A stretch of 64,000 nt of DNA from an uncultured Atribacterota bacterium (lineage in GTDB: Bacteria; Atribacterota; JALVIU01), in contig CAYWXH010000002.1 in NCBI GenBank assembly GCA_964462295.1, forward strand, positions 1,303 through 65,302, in the 5' to 3' direction. The notes under the pieces are model-generated. The model made no database searches. It saw only the letters and a program-made list of their open reading frames with translations, and had not been told where the DNA came from. Within the stretch, counting starts at the first letter, position 1. The number at the start of each line of letters is the position of its first letter. This document shows, piece by piece, positions 1 through 8,429 of the stretch. The position numbers were made by a program, and so were the translations under genes.

Positions 1-1
1 A

Positions 2-505
2 TTAGATAATAAGGCAAAAAAAGATGATGTTCCCCAAGAAAAAGATCCATCTTCTTTGGGGGAGTCTTCTTCTTATGAAAACGAGGGAGATGAGAAAATA
101 GAGGGTGAGAGGGAGAGCGTAGAATCTGTAAAAAGAGAAACAGAAATTAAACAGTCCCAAGAGGTAAAAGAGCCTCCTATAGGAGATATTGAAACTGTAT
201 GGAATACTGTATTGGAAAATCTTAACAATAGGGCACTTGAAAATTCACTAAAAAATAATGTAAAATCATATCATATAGAAGGCAATAAAGTAATCTTGAA
301 TGTACCACAAGAGATGATCTTTTATCTTGAGGAGAAAAAAGATCTGTTAAAATCTAAATTTCAAGAGTTTTTGGGTAATAAAATAGAAGTTGTTTTTCAT
401 CAAACTAATCAAGAATCGGCAGATAATCACGATTTACTTAAAGAGGCCCTTATTATTTTTGGTGGAAGGATTATAAGTCCCGAAGACAATCAACAGGAGG
501 TGTAA
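2..505 (+). CDS. 3' end of a CDS continuing from upstream of the window; putative DNA polymerase III tau/gamma (DnaX) C-terminal region
   Basis: The frame is open from nt 2, so the TTG at 56 is only an internal candidate start. The product is acidic and low-complexity. The call rests on the conserved dnaX-ybaB-recR synteny with the two genes immediately downstream. Confidence 0.45.
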   Translation, partial: LDNKAKKDDVPQEKDPSSLGESSSYENEGDEKIEGERESVESVKRETEIKQSQEVKEPPIGDIETVWNTVLENLNNRALENSLKNNVKSYHIEGNKVILNVPQEMIFYLEEKKDLLKSKFQEFLGNKIEVVFHQTNQESADNHDLLKEALIIFGGRIISPEDNQQEV

Positions 506-506
506 T

Positions 507-821
507 ATGGCTAAAGGTTTGCAAAATCTTATGAAACAGGCACAAGAGCTACAAAAAAGATTAGAAAAAGTTCAAGAAGAGCTTGCTGAGATGGAGGTAG
601 AGGCAACCGCAGGTGGTGGTATGGTAAAGGTGGTGGCCAGTGGTAAGCAAGAGTTAATAAGTATCGAGATAGACCCAGAAGTTATAAATCCGGATGATAA
701 AGAAATGTTAGAAGACCTTGTATTGGCTGCCGTGAATGAGGCACTTAGAAAATCTCGTGAGCTTGCAGCAGAAGAGATGAGCAAAGTGACAGGTGGCATG
801 ATGCCTCCTCAGTTTATGTAG
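507..821 (+). CDS. ybaB: YbaB/EbfC nucleoid-associated protein
   Basis: About 104 aa with a typical YbaB sequence ([16 protein letters not shown]...GGGMVKV...). It sits immediately upstream of recR. Confidence 0.9.
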   Translation: MAKGLQNLMKQAQELQKRLEKVQEELAEMEVEATAGGGMVKVVASGKQELISIEIDPEVINPDDKEMLEDLVLAAVNEALRKSRELAAEEMSKVTGGMMPPQFM

Positions 822-824
822 GAT

Positions 825-1430
825 ATGTATAGTTTCTTACCAGAGGTTTTTTCAAAACTTATAAATGAGCTTACAAAACTGCCGGGAGTAGGAGAAAAAA
901 CAGCATTTAAATTTGCATTTTTTTTACTTAAAAGACCAAAAGAAGAGGTAGAACATTTAGCAGATATTATATTTAAGTTTAAAAATGAAATAAAATATTG
1001 TAAGGTATGTAACAATATTACTACAGAGGAGATTTGTCCCATTTGTAGGGATCCTGCAAGGGACCCATCTACTATATGTGTTGTAGAAGGGGTAGAAGAT
1101 TTAATAGCTATAGAAAAAACAGGCAGTTTCAAGGGAAAATATCATGTACTTCATGGTGTTATATCTCCCCTTGATGGGATAGGTCCAGATGATATAAAGC
1201 TTAAAGGGCTTTTAGACAGAGTTGAAAAGAGTAAAATAAAAGAAGTGATAATTGCTACAAATCCTGATATAGAAGGAGAAGGAACTGCTTTATATATCGC
1301 TAAATTACTAAAAAAGAAAGGGATAAAGGTTACCCGATTAGGTTATGGAATCCCTGTAGGGGGAGACCTTGAGTTGGTAGATGAAGTTACATTATCTCAG
1401 GCATTGGAAGGTAGGAAGGTTTTGGATTAA
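825..1430 (+). CDS. recR: Recombination protein RecR
   Basis: C4 zinc finger (CKVCNNITTEEICPICRD) followed by a Toprim region (ICVVEGVEDLIAIEKTG). About 200 aa. Confidence 0.92.
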   Translation: MYSFLPEVFSKLINELTKLPGVGEKTAFKFAFFLLKRPKEEVEHLADIIFKFKNEIKYCKVCNNITTEEICPICRDPARDPSTICVVEGVEDLIAIEKTGSFKGKYHVLHGVISPLDGIGPDDIKLKGLLDRVEKSKIKEVIIATNPDIEGEGTALYIAKLLKKKGIKVTRLGYGIPVGGDLELVDEVTLSQALEGRKVLD

Positions 1431-1455
1431 TAAATAAAGATAGGAGCTGAGGATA

Positions 1456-3120
1456 ATGAGTGAAAGTTTAAAAATAAAGGTAATTTTAAAAAACGAAGAA
1501 AAAGAGATTGAAATAGAAAAAGGGACAAAGGTTATTGAACTTGCGAAAAAGTACGAAAGATATTTTACTACAAAGATTATTGCCTGTAAGATAGATAATT
1601 CTTTAAAGGATTTGAGAACGCCTATTAATAAGGAATGTCGGGTAGAACTTTTGGACCTTACAGATACAGATGGTATGCTTATATATCGTCGTACACTTAC
1701 ATTTATTGCATTTATGGCGGCAAGTCGAAAGTTTCCAAATAGAAGATTATCTATAATGCATTCTTTGGGGCCAGGATACTATTTTGAATTTGTAGATGTT
1801 CCTATATATCCTAATGATCTTTTGATTCTTCAAGAAGAGATGAAAAATATTATAAAAGAGGATTGTGAAATAAGTAGAGAGGTTCTTCCTCGAGAAGAGG
1901 CTTTTAAGCTTTTTGAGGAAAGGGGATATCATGATAAGATAAAATTATTTAAATATTTACCTGATGAGAAGATAAAGATTTATAGATGCAAAGAGTATGT
2001 GGACTATCTTTATGGATATCTTGCACCTTCTACTGGTTATGCAGACCTTTTTGAATTAAGATACTATCCCCCTGGTTTTATACTTGTTTTTCCAAAAGAG
2101 GACAACCCTAAGAAGATAGCCCCTTATAAAGAACAGAGAAAAATTGCCTCAATATTTAGAGAATATGAAAAATGGGGAAGGATTTTAAATGTGGAAAATG
2201 TTGGAGAATTAAATGAAATAATTAAAAATGGAGATATCCAGACCCTTATTCTCATATCAGAAGCACTCCATGAGAAAAAGATGGCCCAGATTTCAGACCT
2301 CATTGCTCTATATAGGGATAAGATAAAACTTATTCTTATTGCAGGCCCTTCTTCTTCAGGAAAAACTACATTTTCCAAAAGACTTTCTATAGAGCTTATG
2401 GTAAATGGATTTAGACCTGTGGCCATCTCTTTAGATAACTATTTTGTAGAGAGGGATAGAACCCCCATTGATGAAAATGGAAATCCTGATTTTGAATCTA
2501 TATATGCACTTGATTTAGATCTTATAAATGAACACCTTACACTTCTTTTAGAGGGAAAAGAGGTTGTATTACCTAAATATGATTTTAAAACAGGAACAAG
2601 GGCAGAAGGGGAGAAACTGAAAATAGCAGAAGATCAGATAATAATAATGGAAGGAATACATGGGTTAAATGACCTTCTTACAAGTTCTATCCCCCATGAT
2701 AGGAAGTTTAAAATATATGTAAGTGCACTAACACAGTTAAATATTGATGATCACAATAGGATTCCTACAACAGATGTGAGAAAGATAAGAAGAATGGTAA
2801 GAGATGCAAAGTATCGTGGATACGACGCACTCTCTACTCTAAAGATATGGCCATCTGTAAGAAGGGGAGAAGAAAAGTGGATCTTTCCTTTCCAAGAAGA
2901 AGCAGATGCCATGTTTAACTCTGCACTTGTCTATGAATTAAGTGTACTTAAGAAATATGCAGAGCCTTTACTTAAAAAGATAGACAATACCCATAAAGAA
3001 TATGCAGAGGCCAAAAGATTATTAAGGTTTTTAAGTTACTTTCTACCTGTAGAACACAAACATGTTCCACATACCTCTATAATAAGAGAGTTTATAGGGG
3101 GAAGTTGGTTTAGATATTAA
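1456..3120 (+). CDS. TGS-domain / uridine-kinase-family (PRK-like) nucleoside kinase fusion protein
   Basis: N-terminal ThrRS-like TGS fold, then a Walker A motif (IAGPSSSGKTTFSKRL) and a DNYF motif typical of the Udk/PRK family. Confidence 0.6.
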   Translation: MSESLKIKVILKNEEKEIEIEKGTKVIELAKKYERYFTTKIIACKIDNSLKDLRTPINKECRVELLDLTDTDGMLIYRRTLTFIAFMAASRKFPNRRLSIMHSLGPGYYFEFVDVPIYPNDLLILQEEMKNIIKEDCEISREVLPREEAFKLFEERGYHDKIKLFKYLPDEKIKIYRCKEYVDYLYGYLAPSTGYADLFELRYYPPGFILVFPKEDNPKKIAPYKEQRKIASIFREYEKWGRILNVENVGELNEIIKNGDIQTLILISEALHEKKMAQISDLIALYRDKIKLILIAGPSSSGKTTFSKRLSIELMVNGFRPVAISLDNYFVERDRTPIDENGNPDFESIYALDLDLINEHLTLLLEGKEVVLPKYDFKTGTRAEGEKLKIAEDQIIIMEGIHGLNDLLTSSIPHDRKFKIYVSALTQLNIDDHNRIPTTDVRKIRRMVRDAKYRGYDALSTLKIWPSVRRGEEKWIFPFQEEADAMFNSALVYELSVLKKYAEPLLKKIDNTHKEYAEAKRLLRFLSYFLPVEHKHVPHTSIIREFIGGSWFRY

Positions 3121-3150
3121 AAAAGGCCTCCAAAAGGAGGCCTTTTTTAA
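3121..3150. terminator. Bidirectional rho-independent terminator between convergent genes
   Basis: Perfect stem GGCCTCC (3125-3131) / GGAGGCC (3136-3142) with an AAAA loop. An A-tract lies upstream and T6 downstream. Confidence 0.8.
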
Positions 3151-3153
3151 TAT

Positions 3154-4086
3154 CTATGGTGTAGTCCCTGCTCCAGGACATGTACCTCCACCGCCAGTTC
3201 CTGTACCTGTCCCTGTACCAGTACCAGTTCCTGTGCCAGTACCTGTTCCTGTACCTGTGGAATCCCCCTTTTTAAGTTGGATATTGTTTACTTGATATCC
3301 TGCCTGGACAGTAATGCTTCCCGTATAGTCACTATATCCATCTGCCATTACTGTTATAGGGTATGTACCTGTTGTTATATTGCTAATTTCATAATATCCA
3401 TTACTATCTGTAGTGTCTGTATATCCACCACCAATACTTACAATTGCACCTGGGATTACATCACCCGTATCTGCATCTGTTACTACTCCTGCCACTGTGC
3501 CTGTATTTACAGTAAGTTGTATATCGAGGCTATTTGCTCCTTCTTTGATCTCTACACTACTTGTATAGGGTGCATGTCCTGCTGCTGTAACAGAAAGAGA
3601 GTAATTTCCTATAGGTATATTGGATATTTCATAATACCCACTGGTATCACTTACCCCAGAATAACTCCCACCAACCACTACAGTGGCACCTGCTACAAGC
3701 GCTCCACTACTATCTGTTATGATTCCAGATAGGGTACCATATGCAATTTTGAGATATGCCTCATATGTATTTTCCGTATCTTCTTTTATATTTACAGTAT
3801 CTGTAAATTCTCTATAACCTGTTGCTTTTATCGTGATTTTTCTATTTCCTGATGGTACCTTTGAAAAGAAGAATTTACCATTTCCATCTGTTTTTTGGGT
3901 TTTGGACACTTTTTCGACAGTAACCTCGGCACCTGAGATGGGATCATGTGTTTCCTCTGAATAGACTGTTCCTGAGAGAGAGCCATAAGGTTGCAAAGGA
4001 GGAATTGATGCTTCATTTCCTCCACACCCTGTAAAGATTAACATTATAATATATAGGAATATTAAAAGCAAAAATTTTTCTCTCAT
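3154..4086 (-). CDS. Surface lipoprotein with three carboxypeptidase-regulatory-like (CarbopepD_reg) beta-sandwich repeats and a C-terminal (Thr-Gly)11 tail
   Basis: Lipobox LIFTGCGG. Three repeats of ~80 aa (G[TS]xxGxxxDxxxxxxGAxVxx...YYEISNIxxGxYxxxVxAxG). The C-terminus reads TGTGTG...GGGTCPGAGTTP. Confidence 0.7.
   Translation of the reverse strand: MREKFLLLIFLYIIMLIFTGCGGNEASIPPLQPYGSLSGTVYSEETHDPISGAEVTVEKVSKTQKTDGNGKFFFSKVPSGNRKITIKATGYREFTDTVNIKEDTENTYEAYLKIAYGTLSGIITDSSGALVAGATVVVGGSYSGVSDTSGYYEISNIPIGNYSLSVTAAGHAPYTSSVEIKEGANSLDIQLTVNTGTVAGVVTDADTGDVIPGAIVSIGGGYTDTTDSNGYYEISNITTGTYPITVMADGYSDYTGSITVQAGYQVNNIQLKKGDSTGTGTGTGTGTGTGTGTGTGTGGGGTCPGAGTTP
3193..3258 (-). repeat. Imperfect hexanucleotide (NCCWGT)n repeat encoding (Thr-Gly)11
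   Basis: Read codon by codon. The units are ACCTGT, CCCTGT, ACCAGT, TCCTGT and GCCAGT. Synonymous third-position variation breaks perfect repetition. Confidence 0.85.
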
Positions 4087-4161
4087 ATCTTTCTTTTTTC
4101 CTTTAGACCTGTTATAATTTATCCGAATTATATTATAACATAAAAAACGAGAGGGTGAGCT

Positions 4162-4557
4162 ATGAGTATGAAAAAAAATGTCCTAATAGTCCTTTTCCCT
4201 TTGGTTTTAAGTTTTTTCTTAAGTGGTTGCTTTAGCCTAAGATGGCAAATAAAAGAGGTTACCTTTAGGGTGTATGGCATACAAGAGGATTCTGATTATT
4301 ATATTGCGATAGTGGGTGCAAAAATAGAGATTTCTGGCAAAGTATATACAACCCCTTCTTCTACTACAACTGTTTCAAAGACTGTATATACAAATAGCAA
4401 AGGAGAGGTAACTGTAAATTTACAACCTGGGACATATACTATAAAAGTAACCAAAGATGGCTATACATCTGTAACAGAGTCGATTGTGATATATACACTT
4501 CAGACATCTGGAGGTGCATATAATTTCTATCTTTCAGAGGAGAATAATACACAATGA
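4162..4557 (+). CDS. Small lipoprotein with one CarbopepD_reg-like domain
   Basis: Signal peptide plus lipobox (LSGCFS). The motif VNLQPGTYTIKVTKDGYTSVTESI resembles the repeats in the divergent gene at 3154-4086. Confidence 0.6.
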   Translation: MSMKKNVLIVLFPLVLSFFLSGCFSLRWQIKEVTFRVYGIQEDSDYYIAIVGAKIEISGKVYTTPSSTTTVSKTVYTNSKGEVTVNLQPGTYTIKVTKDGYTSVTESIVIYTLQTSGGAYNFYLSEENNTQ

Positions 4558-5441
4558 TAAAAAGACTTTTTTTCGTAATACTGTTTATTTTATTTTCTAA
4601 TATCTCTTTTGCCCTACCGAATTATACAATGAAGTATTTTCCTAATTCTGTATATTTAGAGCCTGTAGTAAATGATACGACACTTACAATTTATAAATCA
4701 AGAGAGTGGCCAGAAGATATCTTTGCTACCCTTGTATATAAGGATTTCTATAATTTACTTAAAAGGTTTAAGAGATTTGATAAAGTAATATATTCTAAAA
4801 AGACAGATAAAAAACCAGATTACATAATTACATGTACTATTACACAGGCAGAGTATAAAGGAGGAGGAGCAGATGTATTTGTAGGGGAGATAAAGGGGGC
4901 AAGTGCATATGTAGAACTTGAAATTTCACTTTATGATACCAAACATGATAAATATCTTATAGATGATCTTTTTAAAGGGGTAGGCAGAACCGTAAGACTC
5001 TCTTCACACTCCCATGACCCTACATGGAAATATGGGGATAAAGGATATAGGAAAAGTTCTTTGAGAGTAGCTGTGCTAAATGCCATTAAGTCTTTTTTAA
5101 ATGAAGTAGATAAAAAATTGCCCCTTGAAGGTTATATAGCCCAGATAAAGCCTACAGAAAAACAGTATAAAATAGAAGATGAAATAGCTATTACCCTTGG
5201 ACGAAAAGATGGAGTAAAAAAAGGTATGCAATTTTTGGTAATTGAGATAGGTGAGCTCATTACACATCCTGTTACAGGAAAACCTTTAGAGATTACTGAA
5301 AAGGTAAAAGGTGTAATAGAGGTCTATAAAGTATTAGAAAATATTTCATGGGCCCATGTTATTTCTCTCAAAAAGGGAGAAAAATTAAAGATTGGAGATA
5401 AGATAAGAAGGTATAAGAATACTTATCCAGATAATGAATAA
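4554..5441 (+). CDS. Secreted hypothetical protein
   Basis: N-terminal signal peptide (MIKRLFFVILFILFSNISFA). No motif I recognise. The start overlaps the upstream gene by 4 nt. Confidence 0.5.
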   Translation: MIKRLFFVILFILFSNISFALPNYTMKYFPNSVYLEPVVNDTTLTIYKSREWPEDIFATLVYKDFYNLLKRFKRFDKVIYSKKTDKKPDYIITCTITQAEYKGGGADVFVGEIKGASAYVELEISLYDTKHDKYLIDDLFKGVGRTVRLSSHSHDPTWKYGDKGYRKSSLRVAVLNAIKSFLNEVDKKLPLEGYIAQIKPTEKQYKIEDEIAITLGRKDGVKKGMQFLVIEIGELITHPVTGKPLEITEKVKGVIEVYKVLENISWAHVISLKKGEKLKIGDKIRRYKNTYPDNE

Positions 5442-5467
5442 AAATTAAATAAAATGAGGTGAAGAAT

Positions 5468-6322
5468 ATGAAAAAGATCTTACTTGCTTTTTTAATTATT
5501 GTACTTGTCTCAACTATTGCCTATGCCCTTAACTCTCCTGAATATGATGAGCTTTTAAGGGTAGGGCTTGAATATTACATGCGTGGAGATTATTCTAAGG
5601 CTATCGAACACTTTACAGATATGACCTTTGCATATCCTAAGAGCTATGAGGCATATTTTTGGCTTGGAAATGCCTTATATGAAAAGTATAAACTTGTAAA
5701 GGATGAGATGGATGTTGCAGAAAGGGATGGTCTTTTGCGCCGAGCAGAGGTTGCATTTAGAAAGGCATTGGTACAAAATCCGTATTTTGCTCCTGCAAAG
5801 TATAAATTGGGGGCTGTGGAGGAAGAACTTGAGAAGCTCTATCCTATGTTGCCATCGAATAATAGGGCTTATGCGTTAGCATGGGGACGAACAGGGCTTT
5901 CTCTACGTGCAGACCTTATTGCTCAAGCTGTAGCAACTTCTGCAAAGGGTGCATATGCACAATATGCAAAAGGGGAATATAAGGAAGGCTTTGGTGCATA
6001 TTTTGAGTTGGATTTATACCCCAATCAGCCTATAGAGAAGATTATAGATTTTCAGGATGATATAGCTACAACCTTTTTTGCAAAAGCCAAACAGTACCTT
6101 TTAGATTCAGATTGGATCGTGATAAAAATTCATGTGGTACATAAGCTCCTACCTAGAAAGACTCTTGCCATATGGAGAAAAGTAAAAGATATAAGACTTT
6201 ATCAAAATAAAGAGATAAGTGGAGAAGAGTTTGCAAGAAGAATGAGATTCTATGTAGATGGGGTATTGGTTACAGAAGACGGATACAAAAAAGAGTATGA
6301 GAAGGTGAGTAAATCTAAGTAG
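5468..6322 (+). CDS. Secreted TPR-like repeat protein
   Basis: Signal peptide, then TPR-like helices (YYMRGDYSKAIEHFTDMTFAYPKSYEAYFWLGNALYEKYK). The ORF track begins at GTG 5459. The ATG at 5468 has a GAGGTGA RBS. Confidence 0.55.
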   Translation: MKKILLAFLIIVLVSTIAYALNSPEYDELLRVGLEYYMRGDYSKAIEHFTDMTFAYPKSYEAYFWLGNALYEKYKLVKDEMDVAERDGLLRRAEVAFRKALVQNPYFAPAKYKLGAVEEELEKLYPMLPSNNRAYALAWGRTGLSLRADLIAQAVATSAKGAYAQYAKGEYKEGFGAYFELDLYPNQPIEKIIDFQDDIATTFFAKAKQYLLDSDWIVIKIHVVHKLLPRKTLAIWRKVKDIRLYQNKEISGEEFARRMRFYVDGVLVTEDGYKKEYEKVSKSK

Positions 6323-6587
6323 GGTATTCTTTGTTTAACCTATAAACAAAGGCAAGTACCTCTGCCACCGCTTCATAAAGTTCAGGTGGAATATATTCAC
6401 CTATATCTATTACTATAAGTGTTTTTACAAGGTCTGGGTCTTCATAGATCTGGACCTTGTGTTCTTTTGCTATCTCTATGATCTTCTCTGCTACTATCCC
6501 TTTGCCTTTTGCTATAACTTTAGGTGCCTTATCTTCTTGGGGTTCGTACTTTATGGCAACAGCTTCTTTTCTTTTTTCTTTTTTCAT
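6315..6587 (-). CDS. Stand-alone FlhB C-terminal-domain (FlhB-CC / YlqH-like) protein
   Basis: 90 aa. It aligns to the post-NPTH fragment of FlhB (AVAIKYEPQEDKAPKVIAKGKG..AEKIIEIAKEHKV.IYEDPDL...IPPELYEAVAEVLAFVYRL). It has no membrane domain and no NPTH site. Confidence 0.8.
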   Translation of the reverse strand: MKKEKRKEAVAIKYEPQEDKAPKVIAKGKGIVAEKIIEIAKEHKVQIYEDPDLVKTLIVIDIGEYIPPELYEAVAEVLAFVYRLNKEYPT

Positions 6588-7510
6588 ATTTTTATATCAA
6601 TCCCCTTTATGATTTTTTTATACCCTGGATCGGTTTGTTTTATATCTAAGATACCAAAATCTATACCCCTTAATGTTAAGCCGATTTTCTCAAGACCTTT
6701 TTTCAATAAGTCTATATTCTCTTCTATATATTTATTTATATTTTCTTTAGTTGTAGCTATTTCCGCATCTATCTTTTTTTTATCAAAATTCATAGCTACT
6801 TTTATTGGGCCTATTTTGGACATATTCAGAGAAAATTCAATATATTTATGCTCTTCTTCACTAACTTTTTTCCCTTTATTTTTTTTGTATTTTAGTCTAA
6901 TTTTTTGAAATGTAAGCTCCATCTTTTCATTAATGTATGGAAAGACAAAGATAAATTCATTATCTTCCCTTTTCTCTATGAGATACCCCTCAGAGAGTTC
7001 TCTTAGTATAGTTTTTATCTTATCCCTCGTTGTCTTTAGAGACCCTTCTTCTTTTTTCTGAGAGAGTTCTTCTAATAATCCCTTTAATTTTTCTTCTTTC
7101 TCTATAATATCTCTTAAGGATTCTATGTTTTTCTTGTTTATGGGGATATTGTGTTTTATAAAGGATTTTGCAATTTTTGCCTCTTCTTTATTCATTTTTG
7201 GGAAGTTTTTTATAATTTCTTTTTCAATATCTTTCTCTACAATACCTTCTTTTTTGTCTAAGAGTTTTAGTATGAGGGTATCACCTTTTACATCCTTGAT
7301 AACTACCTTTATAAGGTCTCCTTTCTTTAAAGGTACATTGGTTTTTGCTGCCACAGCCCCCTTTCCAAAATCTACTATAAGGGCATTTCCCTTTACGGCA
7401 AGTACTCTCCCCCTAAGTACTTGACCTGTTTTTATAAGTTTGGCAAGTCCAAATCTGTCGATTTTCCCTATAATATTTTCCAATAATTTTGAGGAAATAT
7501 TTATATCCAT
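6584..7510 (-). CDS. Hypothetical protein, possibly a divergent FliK-like hook-length control protein
   Basis: K/E-rich. The C-terminal segment (GPIKVAMNFDKKKIDAEIATTKENINKYIEENIDLLKKGLEKIGLTLRGIDF) has the alternating pattern of the FliK Flg_hook domain. Translationally coupled to the FlhBc-like gene. Confidence 0.35.
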   Translation of the reverse strand: MDINISSKLLENIIGKIDRFGLAKLIKTGQVLRGRVLAVKGNALIVDFGKGAVAAKTNVPLKKGDLIKVVIKDVKGDTLILKLLDKKEGIVEKDIEKEIIKNFPKMNKEEAKIAKSFIKHNIPINKKNIESLRDIIEKEEKLKGLLEELSQKKEEGSLKTTRDKIKTILRELSEGYLIEKREDNEFIFVFPYINEKMELTFQKIRLKYKKNKGKKVSEEEHKYIEFSLNMSKIGPIKVAMNFDKKKIDAEIATTKENINKYIEENIDLLKKGLEKIGLTLRGIDFGILDIKQTDPGYKKIIKGIDIKI

Positions 7511-7513
7511 AAC

Positions 7514-7542
7514 TTTATAATTTTAGCATTTCTACCGATATA
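7514..7542 (+). promoter_or_regulatory. Putative sigma-28 (FliA/SigD)-type promoter upstream of flgF
   Basis: The -10-like element ACCGATAT lies inside the 14-mer TTTCTACCGATATA (7529-7542). A TTTATAA sits about 15 nt upstream. The flgF ATG is 34 nt downstream. Confidence 0.5.
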
Positions 7543-7576
7543 ATACAAGAAAGAATAAATAAAAAAGGAGAGAAAA

Positions 7577-8323
7577 ATGATAAGGGGTTTGTACACGGCA
7601 GCATCTGGCATGATTTCACAGGAGATTTATCATGCTGCAAGAACTAATAACCTCGTAAATATTGATACTGTTGGATTCAAAGGGGATATTCCTACTTTTA
7701 AATCCTTTCTCCCTTATGAAATTGTGAGATATAATAAAAATGAATATACCCCTATAGGAAGGATGAACATGGGGTCAAAATTAGATGCAACTTATGTAGA
7801 TTTTAGTGAAGGACGGATAAGGGAGACAGGAAACCCTTTGGATCTTGCAATTCATGGTAATGGTTTTTTTGTAGTGTCTTACAAAGGAGGTGAAGCTTAT
7901 ACAAGGGCAGGTAATTTTACCCTTTCCAAGGATGGAGAACTTGTAACACTTGATGGTTTTAAAGTTTTAGGAGAAGGTGGTCCTATTGCAATATCTGGAA
8001 AAAATATAGAAATAGGTGAAGATGGTGCCATATATGTAGATGGGGAGCTTGTTGATAAATTAAGAATTGTAGATTTTGCCGACAGAGAAAATTTGCAAAA
8101 AATAGGATATAATCTCTTTACCTATAATGGGCGTAATAACCCCCAGACCCCAGAAAAATACACCATAAAGCAGGGGGCACTAGAGTATCCAAATGTAAAC
8201 ATAGTAAAGGAGATGGTTAACCTATTGGAGGCAACAAGGATATATGAGACAAATCAAAAAATTCTGAGAATGCAAGATGAGACCCTAGGTAGGGCTATTA
8301 CGGAATTAGGTAGAGTAGGATAA
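7577..8323 (+). CDS. flgF: Flagellar basal-body rod protein FlgF (FlgF/FlgG family)
   Basis: N-terminal rod motif (MIRGLYTAASGM...NNLVNIDTVGFK) and a C-terminal conserved helix (IVKEMVNLLEATRIYETNQKIL). Shorter than the flgG next to it. Confidence 0.85.
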   Translation: MIRGLYTAASGMISQEIYHAARTNNLVNIDTVGFKGDIPTFKSFLPYEIVRYNKNEYTPIGRMNMGSKLDATYVDFSEGRIRETGNPLDLAIHGNGFFVVSYKGGEAYTRAGNFTLSKDGELVTLDGFKVLGEGGPIAISGKNIEIGEDGAIYVDGELVDKLRIVDFADRENLQKIGYNLFTYNGRNNPQTPEKYTIKQGALEYPNVNIVKEMVNLLEATRIYETNQKILRMQDETLGRAITELGRVG

Positions 8324-8429
8324 GGGCTGGACTGCTTGTCAGGGGCCTTCAAATTACTTCCGATTGAAGTAGTTTTAACTTCTACCTAATTCCTCCAGAT
8401 TATTCTACTATAATTAGGAGGGATGTATT

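Noticed and set aside
572-1132. Minus-strand ORFs (75 and 107 aa) over ybaB and recR
   Set aside because: They are antisense to well-supported conserved genes. They are low-complexity and have no start context.
3193-3258. The repetitive array as a possible CRISPR or tandem non-coding repeat
   Set aside because: The units are 6 nt, in frame and coding, and there are no spacers. It is a (Thr-Gly)n codon repeat inside a CDS.
3277-3732. A 151-aa cysteine-rich plus-strand ORF
   Set aside because: It lies entirely antisense to the CarbopepD_reg lipoprotein gene. Its Cys/Tyr/Ile-rich composition is the mirror of that gene's Gly/Thr/Val codons, so it is not a gene.
6459-7424. Plus-strand ORFs of 149 and 99 aa rich in F, L and S
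   Set aside because: They are antisense to the FlhBc-like and FliK-like genes. Their composition is the mirror image of K/E-rich coding.
8324-8429. A possible tRNA or small RNA gene in the flgF-flgG spacer
   Set aside because: There is no cloverleaf and no T-loop or anticodon-arm consensus. Only short hairpins are present, so it is treated as a possible regulatory spacer.
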